Shown here: positions 27,839-38,298 of the stretch, piece after piece
How positions within the stretch are numbered: position 1 is the first letter of the stretch
Layout: each line of letters begins with the position of its first letter
NCBI GenBank assembly: GCA_045047305.1
Contig: JASFYO010000082.1
Location: 1-64,000, forward strand
DNA length: 64,000 nt
Source: Planctomycetota bacterium
GTDB lineage: Bacteria > Planctomycetota > UBA1135
Direction of reading: 5' to 3'
Notes under the pieces: generated by a model
What the model was told of the DNA's origin: nothing
Seen by the model: the letters and a program-made list of their open reading frames with translations, nothing else
The model's database searches: none
Program-made: the position numbers and the translations under genes

Positions 27839-29764
27839 CTAGCGCAAGCGCAAGATGCGGTAGCCGTGAGCCTCCAAGCTTTCGCTGCCAACAAGCGAAA
27901 TCGTTCCGCCTTGTACGATGTAGCTGCGGTTACTCATTTGATCCTCCAAGACGTCGCCATCAGCGAAATAGCGGTCGACGGGAATGACCAGGCTTTGGGT
28001 AGATTGATTGCTCCCAGCGACCATCAGTAAGGTGTCGTTCGCGTCCTCGCGCGCAAAAACCAGGATGCGCCCGGCGTTGTGCACCCAATATGGATCAAAG
28101 CTGCCTTCGCGCAAGGCAGAGAACTGATGTCGGAGTTGAGATAAGCGGCGCACGAGTTTGACCATGTCGCGGTCCCAGTTGGCCGTATTCCAATCAAAGG
28201 TACGGCGGTTATCTGGGTCGTTCCCTCCTGGAGTGCCGATTTCGTCGCCGTAATAGATCACTGGGCTGCCAGGCAGAGTGAACTGGAGGAAGGTGGCTTC
28301 GCGTACGCGGGAAGAGTCTAGTCCTGCACGGGAGAAGGCGCGGGACAGATCATGATTACCAAGTTGATGCCAAGAACTATGGTTGGCGGTCGCAGGATAG
28401 GCGCGAGCCCCGCGCAGGATGCGATCTCTGAAATCGGCAACACTATCGTTCCGCGTGAGGCAGTAATCTTGAACGGGGAAAAGGAAACCGTTGAAATCCA
28501 TAACCCCGTCAAACTGTTTGCCATCGAGCCAAGCGAGCGCGTCGCCCCATTCTTCAAGAATGAGTAGTGCATCTGGGTCATCGCCCTTCAGCAGCGTACG
28601 CATTTCTTCCCACACTGTGTGATCGCCACCCTCGCAGCCTGGGCCGACGTCTTTCGCAGCATCTAAGCGCCAGCCGCTAATGCCCGTTTGCAGCCATCCA
28701 CGCAACACGCTGTCGGACGCGCGCACCATGCGGTCACGAACCTCTGGATTGGCATAATTCAATTTGGGTAAAGAGTTAATCGCAAACCAACTGCAATAGT
28801 TCTCTGGGAAATTGACCGGGTCAAAGCCTGGAAGGAAGGTAAACCAATCTCCGTAGGCACTGCTTGTCGGGTCTTCATGCGCCCCTGTCCATGGGTAAAC
28901 GTGATAGCGGTCGAACCACTCACTCCATGAGCTACAGTGATTTAAGACTCCATCCAAAATCACGCGCGTGCCCAGCTGCCGCAAACCCAGGACTAAGGCG
29001 TCAAACTCGGCATTGCTGCCAAGATGGGGATCAATGCGGTCGTAGCTGGTTGCGTCGTAACGATGATTGCTGCGGCTTTCAAAAACAGGATTCAACCACA
29101 GGAAGTCAATGCCAAGCCATTGCAAGTAATCCCGACGTTGCCAAATGCCTAAAAGATCTCCACCAAAAAAGTCCGATCCGCCAAGTGGTAATTCATTCCA
29201 AGAGGCATGTGCTGTAATGCCAACCCCGGGGGCGATTTCCCATTGCCCCGTTTGCGGGTCATTATTGGAGTCACCGTTGCGGAAGCGGTCGGGGAAAATC
29301 TGATATCCGACGGCACCCCGTGCCCATGCCGGACCTTTGAATCCAGGACGGATTTGGAAGTCACGAATCCTGAGGTCCCAGTTGTCGGTAGTGCCCGTGA
29401 CTTGATACCAATCGACGCAACCCTGGTCTTCCAAGCGGAAGCGATACCACAATGTGTCGGTTCCAAGCACGACGTCTGCGCGCCACAGGTCAAAGTTCTG
29501 GTTCGGCCCGACTTGGGTTTCAATCCACATGGGGACCAGAACCTCTCCACCGGATCCACCGTTGAGTCCGGTATCCCAAATGCGAACCGTTGCGGTTTGC
29601 AGGTCACCAGCAGCAGAGCGCATGCGTAAGCTCACGGTGTCGCCCGGCATCGGCTCCAAAGGAGAGCAATAAAGTGGCGATTGATCGTGGAAAATCGCGT
29701 CGCCGTCAATGTTGCTGCACTGCGCCGATGCAGCTAGAGCGAGTAGGGGAATGAGGGGCAACAT
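27839..29764 (-). CDS. Exported GH13 alpha-amylase/neopullulanase-type enzyme with N-terminal CBM34-like domain
   Basis: YQIFPDRF, GGDLLG, SNHRYD, DGVLNH, LPKLN, GWRLDA (nucleophile), LEEW (acid/base), NHD, IYYGDE, DPDNRR; start taken at MLPLIPLL. Confidence 0.9.
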   Translation of the reverse strand: MLPLIPLLALAASAQCSNIDGDAIFHDQSPLYCSPLEPMPGDTVSLRMRSAAGDLQTATVRIWDTGLNGGSGGEVLVPMWIETQVGPNQNFDLWRADVVLGTDTLWYRFRLEDQGCVDWYQVTGTTDNWDLRIRDFQIRPGFKGPAWARGAVGYQIFPDRFRNGDSNNDPQTGQWEIAPGVGITAHASWNELPLGGSDFFGGDLLGIWQRRDYLQWLGIDFLWLNPVFESRSNHRYDATSYDRIDPHLGSNAEFDALVLGLRQLGTRVILDGVLNHCSSWSEWFDRYHVYPWTGAHEDPTSSAYGDWFTFLPGFDPVNFPENYCSWFAINSLPKLNYANPEVRDRMVRASDSVLRGWLQTGISGWRLDAAKDVGPGCEGGDHTVWEEMRTLLKGDDPDALLILEEWGDALAWLDGKQFDGVMDFNGFLFPVQDYCLTRNDSVADFRDRILRGARAYPATANHSSWHQLGNHDLSRAFSRAGLDSSRVREATFLQFTLPGSPVIYYGDEIGTPGGNDPDNRRTFDWNTANWDRDMVKLVRRLSQLRHQFSALREGSFDPYWVHNAGRILVFAREDANDTLLMVAGSNQSTQSLVIPVDRYFADGDVLEDQMSNRSYIVQGGTISLVGSESLEAHGYRILRLR

Positions 29765-29928
29765 ACAGCTTAAGGATATCCCAGGAATGGGAAGCGGGGG
29801 TACTCTCGACGGTAACTTATTTGCATCCAAACGGAAGTGCGGTTGGCTAAACCAAGCTGCGATGCCGTTGGGAAGCGTGGTTTATTATTTACCGCAGTAG
29901 GACCCTGGCGCTTGGCAAGGGCGTGGAA

Positions 29929-32550
29929 TTAGCCTTCACTCTCATTTTCCTCCATTGCTTTTGCGATAGATGATTGCTCCAAGGTAAAAGAGAAAACTTG
30001 CAGGCTGGGCAGGTTTTTTACTTCCATGGAGGTTTGCTCCGCCTGGATTCCCTTGCGGTCATAATGGATTCCGCTTGACGAAGCTTGTTTCTGAATCGAA
30101 AAGTTGACGCGGTAGGTTCCATATGCCTGCAATGTTTTTGGCGAGGCCTCGGCGCCAAAGTGACTGATTTGATTGGTGTAGCGCCGATCCGTCTCTCCAC
30201 GATCATTGAGATCGATGGGGCTGATCCACGCATAGAGATTCCATCCGTCAGGAATCACATTTGGGTTATTTAAATCAAGGCGAATCGGAAATCCAAGACC
30301 AAGGATGACTTCATGTTCACCAACGACCTGGTTTAACTTCACGCTTTGATAGCCGGCCGCGCCAATCATGAGATCTATCGCTGGTTCACGTGTGATGATG
30401 TCAATGGGAGAGGTGCTAGCGATGCGCTTCCAGTTACTACCAGCAGGCCAAACCTTGACTTGATTAAGCACTTCGCCTTGGATGTTTTTTACCCAAAGAC
30501 GAATCACCTGAAGGGTGCTGCGTAAATCGATTACATCTAGCGTTTGAGTTAACTGGCTGTTGGATAGCAAGATATGGTCTTGTCTAAAAAGTTCCTGTGT
30601 TTGGAATTCGGAAGTAAGTGATAAATCGGCATACCCGGCAGGGAGATTGTCAATACGGTAGCTACCATCCTCAGCAAGCTCGGAGCCGAGCGAAGTGGTT
30701 CCGCCCGCGAGATTGGGGCTCGGAAAACTAAGGCTGGCGGTTAGTTTCGTGGCATCGATCTTCGCGTCGAGTAAGAAGGAGCCCCTCACTTGGACCGATC
30801 TATCTAAACGTAACTCTAATCCCTCTTTGCCAAGCACAAAACCAAGGCTCCCCGCACGATAAGAATCTTTGGAGGCTTTAATGCGGTAAGCTCCAGACTC
30901 GACATAGCCTCGGATGCTGAAAGCTCCATCCTGATCTGATTCTGTTCGGAATTCCCAAAGCCCATTCCACCAAAAATCATTTTCGCCTTCACCATACTGA
31001 TGTTTCACTTCGAGGTTTACTTTGGCCTTGCGTATGGGGATGCCGGAATTGTCTAAGATTTTCCCTGAGACAAGCAGGGGAGGAACCTGAAGGACTAAGT
31101 CTCCTAAATCATTTTCTCCAGGACTTAGATGGAAGCTCAAGTCTGATTTTACTGTGCGCCTGGGCTTACGTTTGGTTGGCTTCATGGTAATGCTAAGAGT
31201 GCGCAAAGATTCTTCCTCATAAAAGTCCTCTACCAGTAGACGAAAGCGGCCATTCTCATCGGTGCGAAACGAAGCCGAGCGGTTTGATCTGTCTCCTCCA
31301 GGGGAATCAACATTTATCCGGTAATCCAAGTTCAAGTTGGGGCCGATGACGCCTTCGGTGTTGAGAATGCGTCCAACTAAAATCGGATGGGATATTATTG
31401 GAGTTAAGGTAAATACAGTAGGTTTACCATGGACGACAGGACCTTCTCCAAAAGCCTCTGCACGGCGTTCTCCATCATTGGAAGTCACGCTGATGTGAAG
31501 GCGCTGGCCGTAGGCGATCAAAGGGAACTCTGCGATACCTTGCGTCGTACGCTTGGTGAGATGTTCGCGCGGGTTATTCCATGACTCAAATTCATCCGAA
31601 CTTTGGTAAACATCCTCCGGGCGTAAAAGTTCTACATTGACGAGAAAGGTACCGGTTGATGGGTTTCCATCTGCTTCCAAAACATGTACCTGCACTTGCC
31701 CCATCTCGTTAAAAACGAGAACCGGGGGGGTCTCGGGGAGATCTTTGACATCAATTGCCGCTTCCACCGGTTGTGGCGTCAGAGCCAATAGTGCAACGAA
31801 GGTCGGGTCATCGGCTAGCTCTATCTGCAGGAGCTGAAATAGTTTTAGGCTAGCGAAACCATCTTGATCGGTATACGCAGTCATTAAATCTTGCACATGA
31901 TCTCCATTGCGCACTCGCAGAGAAACAGGAGCGCCTTGCACTGGCCCTTCACTTTGATTTACTACCTGCACGGTCAAAATATCGACGGGATTAAGGTAAA
32001 GAGTGAACTCCTCCAAGTCTTCATCGACGTTGAAAGAAAAGTTGAAGTGCGTAGCGGTGCGGCCGGCAATGATATTGGCACCGATTGCGAAGGGCACCCG
32101 CACTTTGGCATCGCTTCCCGTTTTATAAACTACCCCAAGCTTTTCAAAAACGGAATCGAAGTCGGGTCGGTTCGCTAACTCTGCCTCCAACATGCGCATA
32201 TCGGCAATCCCAGTATCGATAACCATCACCTCCGCAAAGGGCAATGGTTTTTTGGTGTTGCCATCCACCACAACGACCAGCAGACCTTCGCCTGCCTCCT
32301 CCCCATAGTCGATAGCATTTTTACCGTTTGAGGTCGAAATCGTAGTACGTTGCGGTGCGATTTCGACGCCTGACGGTTTCTTTACGGTTGGCGCTGCCGT
32401 GATGACACCCACTGCTCCTTGCACCTCTTCGGCCAAATTTGGGTCATGGTCTCCATCTGAAGGTGGAGCAACATCGCTCGAAAGTATGAATATTGCGATG
32501 CCTGCAAGCAGCAGGAGAAGAAATGCAAGTGGGAGCCGTGTGCGCACCAT
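29929..32550 (-). CDS. Large membrane-anchored protein with carboxypeptidase-regulatory-like beta-sandwich repeats (paralog A)
   Basis: N-terminal TM helix; repeated V.V.D..G.P...A.V and TD..G.F motifs; homologous to 32573-35152 (e.g. KPTKRKPRR / NKTKRKPKR, DLSF...GE.DLGD). Confidence 0.7.
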   Translation of the reverse strand: MVRTRLPLAFLLLLLAGIAIFILSSDVAPPSDGDHDPNLAEEVQGAVGVITAAPTVKKPSGVEIAPQRTTISTSNGKNAIDYGEEAGEGLLVVVVDGNTKKPLPFAEVMVIDTGIADMRMLEAELANRPDFDSVFEKLGVVYKTGSDAKVRVPFAIGANIIAGRTATHFNFSFNVDEDLEEFTLYLNPVDILTVQVVNQSEGPVQGAPVSLRVRNGDHVQDLMTAYTDQDGFASLKLFQLLQIELADDPTFVALLALTPQPVEAAIDVKDLPETPPVLVFNEMGQVQVHVLEADGNPSTGTFLVNVELLRPEDVYQSSDEFESWNNPREHLTKRTTQGIAEFPLIAYGQRLHISVTSNDGERRAEAFGEGPVVHGKPTVFTLTPIISHPILVGRILNTEGVIGPNLNLDYRINVDSPGGDRSNRSASFRTDENGRFRLLVEDFYEEESLRTLSITMKPTKRKPRRTVKSDLSFHLSPGENDLGDLVLQVPPLLVSGKILDNSGIPIRKAKVNLEVKHQYGEGENDFWWNGLWEFRTESDQDGAFSIRGYVESGAYRIKASKDSYRAGSLGFVLGKEGLELRLDRSVQVRGSFLLDAKIDATKLTASLSFPSPNLAGGTTSLGSELAEDGSYRIDNLPAGYADLSLTSEFQTQELFRQDHILLSNSQLTQTLDVIDLRSTLQVIRLWVKNIQGEVLNQVKVWPAGSNWKRIASTSPIDIITREPAIDLMIGAAGYQSVKLNQVVGEHEVILGLGFPIRLDLNNPNVIPDGWNLYAWISPIDLNDRGETDRRYTNQISHFGAEASPKTLQAYGTYRVNFSIQKQASSSGIHYDRKGIQAEQTSMEVKNLPSLQVFSFTLEQSSIAKAMEENESEG

Positions 32551-32572
32551 GGCTCCAGTCTAGCGGAGATAT

Positions 32573-35152
32573 TTAGTCTTCTCGGGTTGCTAGCCTTTCT
32601 GCGAAGCTGATGATGCGGGGCGCGAGAGTGAGATCGAATTCCTGCTCCTTCTCGCCAGCGTCAATGTTGAAGTATTGAGCTTCCCCAACAGAGTAAACGT
32701 TGTTTCCGCCCTGCCTTTTTCCGGTGCGCTGAAGGCTTTTCTGAAGTAGGTAGCGCCCTTCAAGTCCCGCGTTTCCGACCCAATCCCCTTGCTCATCCTT
32801 CTTCAGTGAAATGAACGAGGTGCGGCTGTCGTTTGGATCATCGCTTTTAAGAACAAGGTTGAGATTCAAGCCTACCTTTGGATCCACTTGATCTATGTTC
32901 ACAATGTGGAAGCGAATCGGGGTGCCTGCGACTAGAACCAAGTCATAGTCTTGATTCAGGTGGGGGAGCTGGATGCTGCGGTAGCCCTCGGCGCTAATTT
33001 GTACATCGATTACGCCGTTGCTTGCTAATAGCTTGATCGGTTGCGTGGAGTGCCGTCGCGCATGCTTGGATTTTTTGGCTTTTGCATAGAGCATAGAAAT
33101 AGCCTGGCCCTGAGAATCCACTGCCGTGATTGTGCTGTAGTGGAGGCGGCCGCGAAGATCAATGTTTGCAATCCGCGTGGCGGTTCCGGGATCGAGGAAG
33201 TTTAGATTGTCGAAGAACTCAAAGACCTCACCGGTGGAGGTGGAAGAAATGGTGAGGGTTCCGTTTTCGCTTTCCATGCCGCGAATGGAAAAGCTCCCAT
33301 CCGCCTTGATCCGATGGCCAAAGGAGGTCGTGCCGTTGGCTTCATCCAAATAGAGCGAAATATCATCGAGGTCGATGTCGTTGTCTACAAGGATTCTGCC
33401 CGCCAAGGCGACTTGGTCGTGAAGCTGAACCACAATTTTGGAATCTCCAGGGTCGAGTTTCACGGTGGAAGTCGAGTAATGGGGATGGCTGACTTCTAAT
33501 CGATAGTTTCCGGCATCAGTAAAGCCACGAATCTCAAACTTACCGTTACCTTTGGTCCTTGCACCCAATGTCCAGTTGATCTTCCAGTTGGGAATTCCAC
33601 TAATTGGAGAAAGGGCGGAGGCTATTTGTGTTTGCACTGCAGCTTGCCTAATAGGTTTGCCGTTCTTATCTAGCACGATGCCTTTGGCAAATAAGGGAAG
33701 GGTGTCTAGGACTACATCTCCTAAGTCGTATTCGCCGACAGGTATTTGGAAACTCAAATCAAACAAGGCGCCACGCTTTGGTTTGCGTTTCGTTTTATTC
33801 AAAATAAACTGGCCGGTGCGCTTGGCGCCTTTCTCAAACCCCGTCCGCATCAACACGCGGAAGCGCCCTTCCTTGTCGGAGGCAACTGCACGACCTTCTT
33901 GATCGTCTCCTGGTTGGCTTGAAGAATCAAAAAATGCCCGGAGGTTCAGGTTCTTGCCAACCACGCCATCGGCATTAAGAAAGCGGCCAGTGAGTAAGAC
34001 CCCTCGAATCTTTGGCTGCAATACGAAGGAAACTTTTTCGCCTTGCACCTTGGGGCCAAGACCAACAGCTGTTTCGTACAAATCTCCATTCGAAGTTGAG
34101 ACGCGGATGCCCAGGTTTAACCCAGTCTCAACATGGGTGTACATGACCATGCCGCGATCGGACCCGTAATTGAGGGAGCTTCGCTCATACTTCGGGGGTT
34201 GGTCGGGGTTCGGATAGGAGGTGATGCCATGGTCGAGAATAGAAAGACGCATGAAATACATCTCGTTTACCGGTTTCCCATTCTCGTCAATCACTTTGAT
34301 TTCAACCGACCCAGTAGGCGGAACTACAAGCACTGGTGGAGCAACGGATAGCTCCTTCAAATCAATCGGCGTTTTCACTTCCTCGCGGGAAAGGATGCGA
34401 AGACTTGCGAAAACAGGGGCATCTACCTTTTCGCGCATGACACGGAAAAAGGGAAAAGTCACGAGTCCATTCGTTCCGCTCTGCCCAAACAGAAGTGGGT
34501 TTGCGTAGTTATGTTCTTGTACGGAAAGGAGTGCTGGAACCCCGCTTACTGGCTTGCCTAAGTTATCCACCACTTGGACTACGCATTGGTCCATAGGCGC
34601 GATACTGAGGGTGTACTCACCACTGGAGACATCGACTCCAGAAACGAAGTCAAAGTGGGTGTAGGTTTCTCCAGCGAGAACCAAAAAACCCTCTGGTTGA
34701 GGAATACGCACTTGGGCTTGCTCATTGGTTTTATAAGCTTGGCCAAAGCGGCGGAACAGCCGTGGAGTGTGGTTCTCCCATTCTTGTTGCTCGATAAAGG
34801 CGTTTAGGTCCGCGACAGCTCCATCCACCACAATGACATGCGCAAGTGGTATCGGCTCCTTGGTGACGCTATCGATGACGGTGATGAGTACCCCGCCCTT
34901 TTCAACTGCTGTGGCATAAGGGCGCGGGTCATTGCTTTTTTTAGGCGCTTCCTCCTTAACTCTTTCGACTGCGCCGGTGGAAACTGTTTCGAGTTTCACG
35001 GTAGGAGCTGACTCGATCAACTGAGCGGGAGCAAGCTCGAGCTTCTGCTTGGGGGTGGAAGATAGTGATTCCGGTTCCGCTTGATTGAGGAAAAGGAATA
35101 CACCCAACACAGCAATCACGGTAATAGTTAGGGGGAGCCAAACGCGAGACAT
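32573..35152 (-). CDS. Large membrane-anchored protein with carboxypeptidase-regulatory-like repeats (paralog B)
   Basis: Same architecture as 29929-32550 with collinear motifs. Confidence 0.7.
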   Translation of the reverse strand: MSRVWLPLTITVIAVLGVFLFLNQAEPESLSSTPKQKLELAPAQLIESAPTVKLETVSTGAVERVKEEAPKKSNDPRPYATAVEKGGVLITVIDSVTKEPIPLAHVIVVDGAVADLNAFIEQQEWENHTPRLFRRFGQAYKTNEQAQVRIPQPEGFLVLAGETYTHFDFVSGVDVSSGEYTLSIAPMDQCVVQVVDNLGKPVSGVPALLSVQEHNYANPLLFGQSGTNGLVTFPFFRVMREKVDAPVFASLRILSREEVKTPIDLKELSVAPPVLVVPPTGSVEIKVIDENGKPVNEMYFMRLSILDHGITSYPNPDQPPKYERSSLNYGSDRGMVMYTHVETGLNLGIRVSTSNGDLYETAVGLGPKVQGEKVSFVLQPKIRGVLLTGRFLNADGVVGKNLNLRAFFDSSSQPGDDQEGRAVASDKEGRFRVLMRTGFEKGAKRTGQFILNKTKRKPKRGALFDLSFQIPVGEYDLGDVVLDTLPLFAKGIVLDKNGKPIRQAAVQTQIASALSPISGIPNWKINWTLGARTKGNGKFEIRGFTDAGNYRLEVSHPHYSTSTVKLDPGDSKIVVQLHDQVALAGRILVDNDIDLDDISLYLDEANGTTSFGHRIKADGSFSIRGMESENGTLTISSTSTGEVFEFFDNLNFLDPGTATRIANIDLRGRLHYSTITAVDSQGQAISMLYAKAKKSKHARRHSTQPIKLLASNGVIDVQISAEGYRSIQLPHLNQDYDLVLVAGTPIRFHIVNIDQVDPKVGLNLNLVLKSDDPNDSRTSFISLKKDEQGDWVGNAGLEGRYLLQKSLQRTGKRQGGNNVYSVGEAQYFNIDAGEKEQEFDLTLAPRIISFAERLATRED

Positions 35153-35160
35153 GCCTTAGC

Positions 35161-35370
35161 TTAGCTTGGATTGCGTTGCTCTACTCTATGGTTATCCAAG
35201 CAAGAAATACTTTTGGGGGATTTATAAGCCGAGAAGGTCGAGCATAAACTAGTCGGCGAGGCCGGTGCCACAAGTTGTTTTGCTTTAGCGGCAGCCGCAT
35301 GAATCAACTGCTGATTGAAGGAAGCACGTCGTGCACTGCCTGCGAACATGAGAAGTTTGGGTGTGTTCAT
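35161..35370 (-). pseudogene. Truncated NADPH-dependent FMN reductase (N-terminal ~33 aa only)
   Basis: MNTPKLLMFAGSARRASFNQQL matches the GSxRxxSxN flavin-binding start; ATGA-coupled to DoxX; similarity is then lost and a stop follows at 69 aa. Confidence 0.7.
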
Positions 35371-35783
35371 CGACGTGGAAGTAGTGCTTTGATGGAGAGT
35401 GAACCGCCACCGGTGAGGATGAGTGCGGTCAAGAATACTGCGATGAGTAAGGCGTGTTCGCGCTCCCCATATCCGGTGTGCGCCATGAACGCTCCAACGA
35501 AAAGGGTGAAAGCCGCGGGGATTGCTGCAAGGCGAATGCCAACTCCAAGGAGCATGAAGACGCCGCCGAAGAACTCGGAGGCCGCTGCGAGGAAGGCACT
35601 GACTGAAGGCATGGGGACATCCATGCTGCCGAGCCAACCACCAAACCCTTCCAGGCCGGGGCCGTCGAAGGCGCCGAACAATTTTTGGCTGCCGTGGTAA
35701 AGGAGCGCGGTGGCAAGCATCAAGCGCATGAGCAGCAACCCATAATCCATTTGGGTGTGGCGTGGTGTGTTTTCCATAGGCAT
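35367..35783 (-). CDS. DoxX family membrane protein
   Basis: GLLLMRL, HGSQKLFGAFDGPG, AAASEFFGG, TGGGSLSI. Confidence 0.88.
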   Translation of the reverse strand: MPMENTPRHTQMDYGLLLMRLMLATALLYHGSQKLFGAFDGPGLEGFGGWLGSMDVPMPSVSAFLAAASEFFGGVFMLLGVGIRLAAIPAAFTLFVGAFMAHTGYGEREHALLIAVFLTALILTGGGSLSIKALLPRR

Positions 35784-35854
35784 AGCTTAGGACAGTGCGA
35801 ATGAGAGACAATCCGTGTAAAGTGGGTCAGTTTGTCACGAATTCGATACAAGAA

Positions 35855-36757
35855 ATGGACCTCGAAGCACTCAGTTACTTTGCGCAGATACTGGAATCCG
35901 GCAGCTTTAGTGCTGCGGCTAGGGCGCTAGGCATTCCTCGGCAACGGGTACATCGTCGCGTAACGGCTTTGGAGCGGGATCTTGGTGTGCGATTGTTGGA
36001 TCGCAGCACCCGTAGTTTGCGGCTCACTGCCGCTGGACGACGGATGGAATCGCATGCGATTCGAGTTCTAGAAGAGGGCCGTGCAGCCCGCGCTTCTCTG
36101 CGTGGAGTCAAAGAACATCCGTCGGGAACGCTGCGAGTGACCACCACGCCATTGTTCGGCGAACTTGTTTTGAGTCACGTCATGGAAGAGTTTCTGGGCG
36201 CATGGCCAGAGGTACGCATGGAAGCCATCTTTAGTATGGAAGCAGAGCCGCTCCTGGAGCGCGACCTTGACCTTGCGATTCGCTTCGGTCCTTTGGAGGA
36301 TTCCAGCTTGATGGCGAAGCCACTCGGCAATGCGCAACTAATTTGGGTCGCGAGCCCTGAGTACTTAAAGCAGAGGTCCATTCCAATAGAGTTGGATGAG
36401 TTGGAAGCTCACGATTTGTTGGCCTTTAACTCAAGTCCAGGTCGCGAAGAGGAGTGGTCATGGTTGCGGACGTCCTCCGGGAAACGTTTGCAGCCACGCC
36501 TTTCTTGCAGCCTAGAAACTGTAACGCTTCAGGCATGTTTGCAAAGCATAGGCATCGCAAAATTGCCTTACGTTCTTTGTAGTGAACCGATTGCAGCAGG
36601 AAGGCTAGTGGAAGTTTTGCAAGAGCATCGCTCTCCCTTGCTTCCCTTCCATGCTGTTTACGCCGGACGCCTCCGTCATAACCCAACCCTTGATGCATTC
36701 CTAGAAACGGTAGAGGCGCATCTATGGAAAACGCAGTGGTTTTTTCCCGAAGACTAG
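35855..36757 (+). CDS. LysR family transcriptional regulator
   Basis: GSFSAAARALG, LERDLGVRLLDRSTRSLRLTAAG, PSGTLRVT, DLAIR; divergent from DoxX; start taken at MDLEAL. Confidence 0.92.
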   Translation: MDLEALSYFAQILESGSFSAAARALGIPRQRVHRRVTALERDLGVRLLDRSTRSLRLTAAGRRMESHAIRVLEEGRAARASLRGVKEHPSGTLRVTTTPLFGELVLSHVMEEFLGAWPEVRMEAIFSMEAEPLLERDLDLAIRFGPLEDSSLMAKPLGNAQLIWVASPEYLKQRSIPIELDELEAHDLLAFNSSPGREEEWSWLRTSSGKRLQPRLSCSLETVTLQACLQSIGIAKLPYVLCSEPIAAGRLVEVLQEHRSPLLPFHAVYAGRLRHNPTLDAFLETVEAHLWKTQWFFPED

Positions 36758-36773
36758 CGAAATCAGAGTTTCC

Positions 36774-37750
36774 CTAATGCTGATTCGCATGCATAAGCGC
36801 GACGGCTTCTGCGAGGAGTTTTGAGTCGATGGAAAGGGTAATCGTCTGAGGCGCATTCGTATCGACCACTTGGAATGGGACCATGTCGGATTCGTCGCCA
36901 ATAGGAATCGTTGCCATATTTCCGCCGGCACTTGCGCCAGTTACCGCCAAGTTGTTCAGTGAGATCGCTGCTTCGAAGTTGCCAGGGAATGGGACCACAC
37001 CTTCACCGAACCAAGGAGGGCCCAAGAAGATGAGATCAGCAAACCAGAGTTGTTTGCTTTCCCTGCTTACGACGTTGACAGAGATGGTCCAGCCGGGAGC
37101 GAGTTCCGGAGGGTCCGAGATTTCGATATTGATTGGATAGCCCGCTTGCAGGATTACTTTCATTCCATCGTGCGGATTCCGTACTTTTTGAACCTGAGTG
37201 TCCTGGGCAGAAATGTAAATCTCATCAAGCGGTGTTGAAGTAAGGATTAAGAGGACGCCGTCTTCTTCTTCGTCTCCAATTGCACGGCTGTCCTTGTTGC
37301 GCGCTTGGATCCAGTAGGGCTTGGATCCGTCCGCCCGCTCAACCAAGATGCGCATGGGTTGGTACAAACCTTGGAGGTCAATCGTCCCGAGATCGTAGTT
37401 TCCGCCCTCAGGGCCAAGCTCAATTGTTTTCCTGAACAGCGGTAGATTTCGGATTCTTAACTCCCATTTTCCAGGCGCCAGTGAACCCATAGATCGAAAG
37501 GAACCATCTTTGCTCATCCTGGACCAGACCCAACGGTTCTTCATGGAAAGATCGTTGCATTCAAATTCAACGCTCAAGGAATCATCTTGCATATGTTCAT
37601 TTGGGATGAGGTTCCCAGTAATGTACCAAGCAGGTAAAAGTTGAAGAGTGGCGAAATTCTCTGGCACCTGGATTTCCATTTCCGCTGGAAGCAACCCGTC
37701 TTTTTCGGCTGTAATTTTAATGCGCTCACCAACAGGGAAGCCATAAACGA
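36774..37750 (-). pseudogene. N-terminally truncated third paralog of the 29929/32573 family
   Basis: Matches only the C-terminal third of paralogs A and B (DGSF, IDL.G, GYPI.I.I). The frame stays open upstream of the listed TTG start into the terminator hairpin, with no signal or TM anchor. Confidence 0.6.
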
Positions 37751-37751
37751 A

Positions 37752-37786
37752 ACATCCTCCCAGTCTAAGTAAGACGGGGAGGATGT
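37752..37786 (-). terminator. Hairpin after the rfbC-like gene
   Basis: ACATCCTCCC...GGGAGGATGT inverted repeat, followed on the minus strand by TTCGTTT. Confidence 0.6.
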
Positions 37787-37808
37787 GCTTGGTCTCGCCA
37801 GAGTGAGA

Positions 37809-38294
37809 TTACATGTGCTTCAGATCCCAGTCGTAATCGATTTCGTCTGAGAACGGATCAATCCGGTCCATTTCGGGTTCGCCGTGTGGCAGGTCGGAAC
37901 AGTTGGCAGTCAACGCTGGGGTGGTGCCATAAGTCTTGTAACCATTTGCCACTCCCACAGGGATGCGAATCAAGCAATAGTTATTTTCTCCAAGGAAGTG
38001 CTCTTCAATCACACCTTTGCTTGGGGAACCCTCGCGCATGTCGCAAAGTACCAACTTGATCATGCCTTGAAGCACCGCGTAATGTTGAGTTTGCAAGCGA
38101 TGAATGTGCCACCCTTTGATGGCTCCAGGCATCGACTGCGAAAAGTAAACCTCGCCGAATTTGGTGAAGATTGGGCTGTCGTTGCGGAACATGTGCATGA
38201 TCATGCCGCGCTCATCGCAGATTTTGCGCAGAGGCTGCACGTAGACACCTTCGATTTTCGACCCTTGGGTTAATTTGGAAACGTCTTCGCTCAT
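37809..38294 (-). CDS. dTDP-4-dehydrorhamnose 3,5-epimerase family (cupin) protein
   Basis: DERG, FGEVYFS, PGAIKGWHIH, DMREGSPS, IPVGVANG. Confidence 0.85.
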   Translation of the reverse strand: MSEDVSKLTQGSKIEGVYVQPLRKICDERGMIMHMFRNDSPIFTKFGEVYFSQSMPGAIKGWHIHRLQTQHYAVLQGMIKLVLCDMREGSPSKGVIEEHFLGENNYCLIRIPVGVANGYKTYGTTPALTANCSDLPHGEPEMDRIDPFSDEIDYDWDLKHM

Positions 38295-38298
38295 CAGA

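Noticed and set aside
35161..35811. 216-aa ORF spanning DoxX and the FMN reductase fragment as a fusion
   Set aside because: Its N-terminal part is an off-frame reading of DoxX; only the segment from 35370 resembles a real protein.
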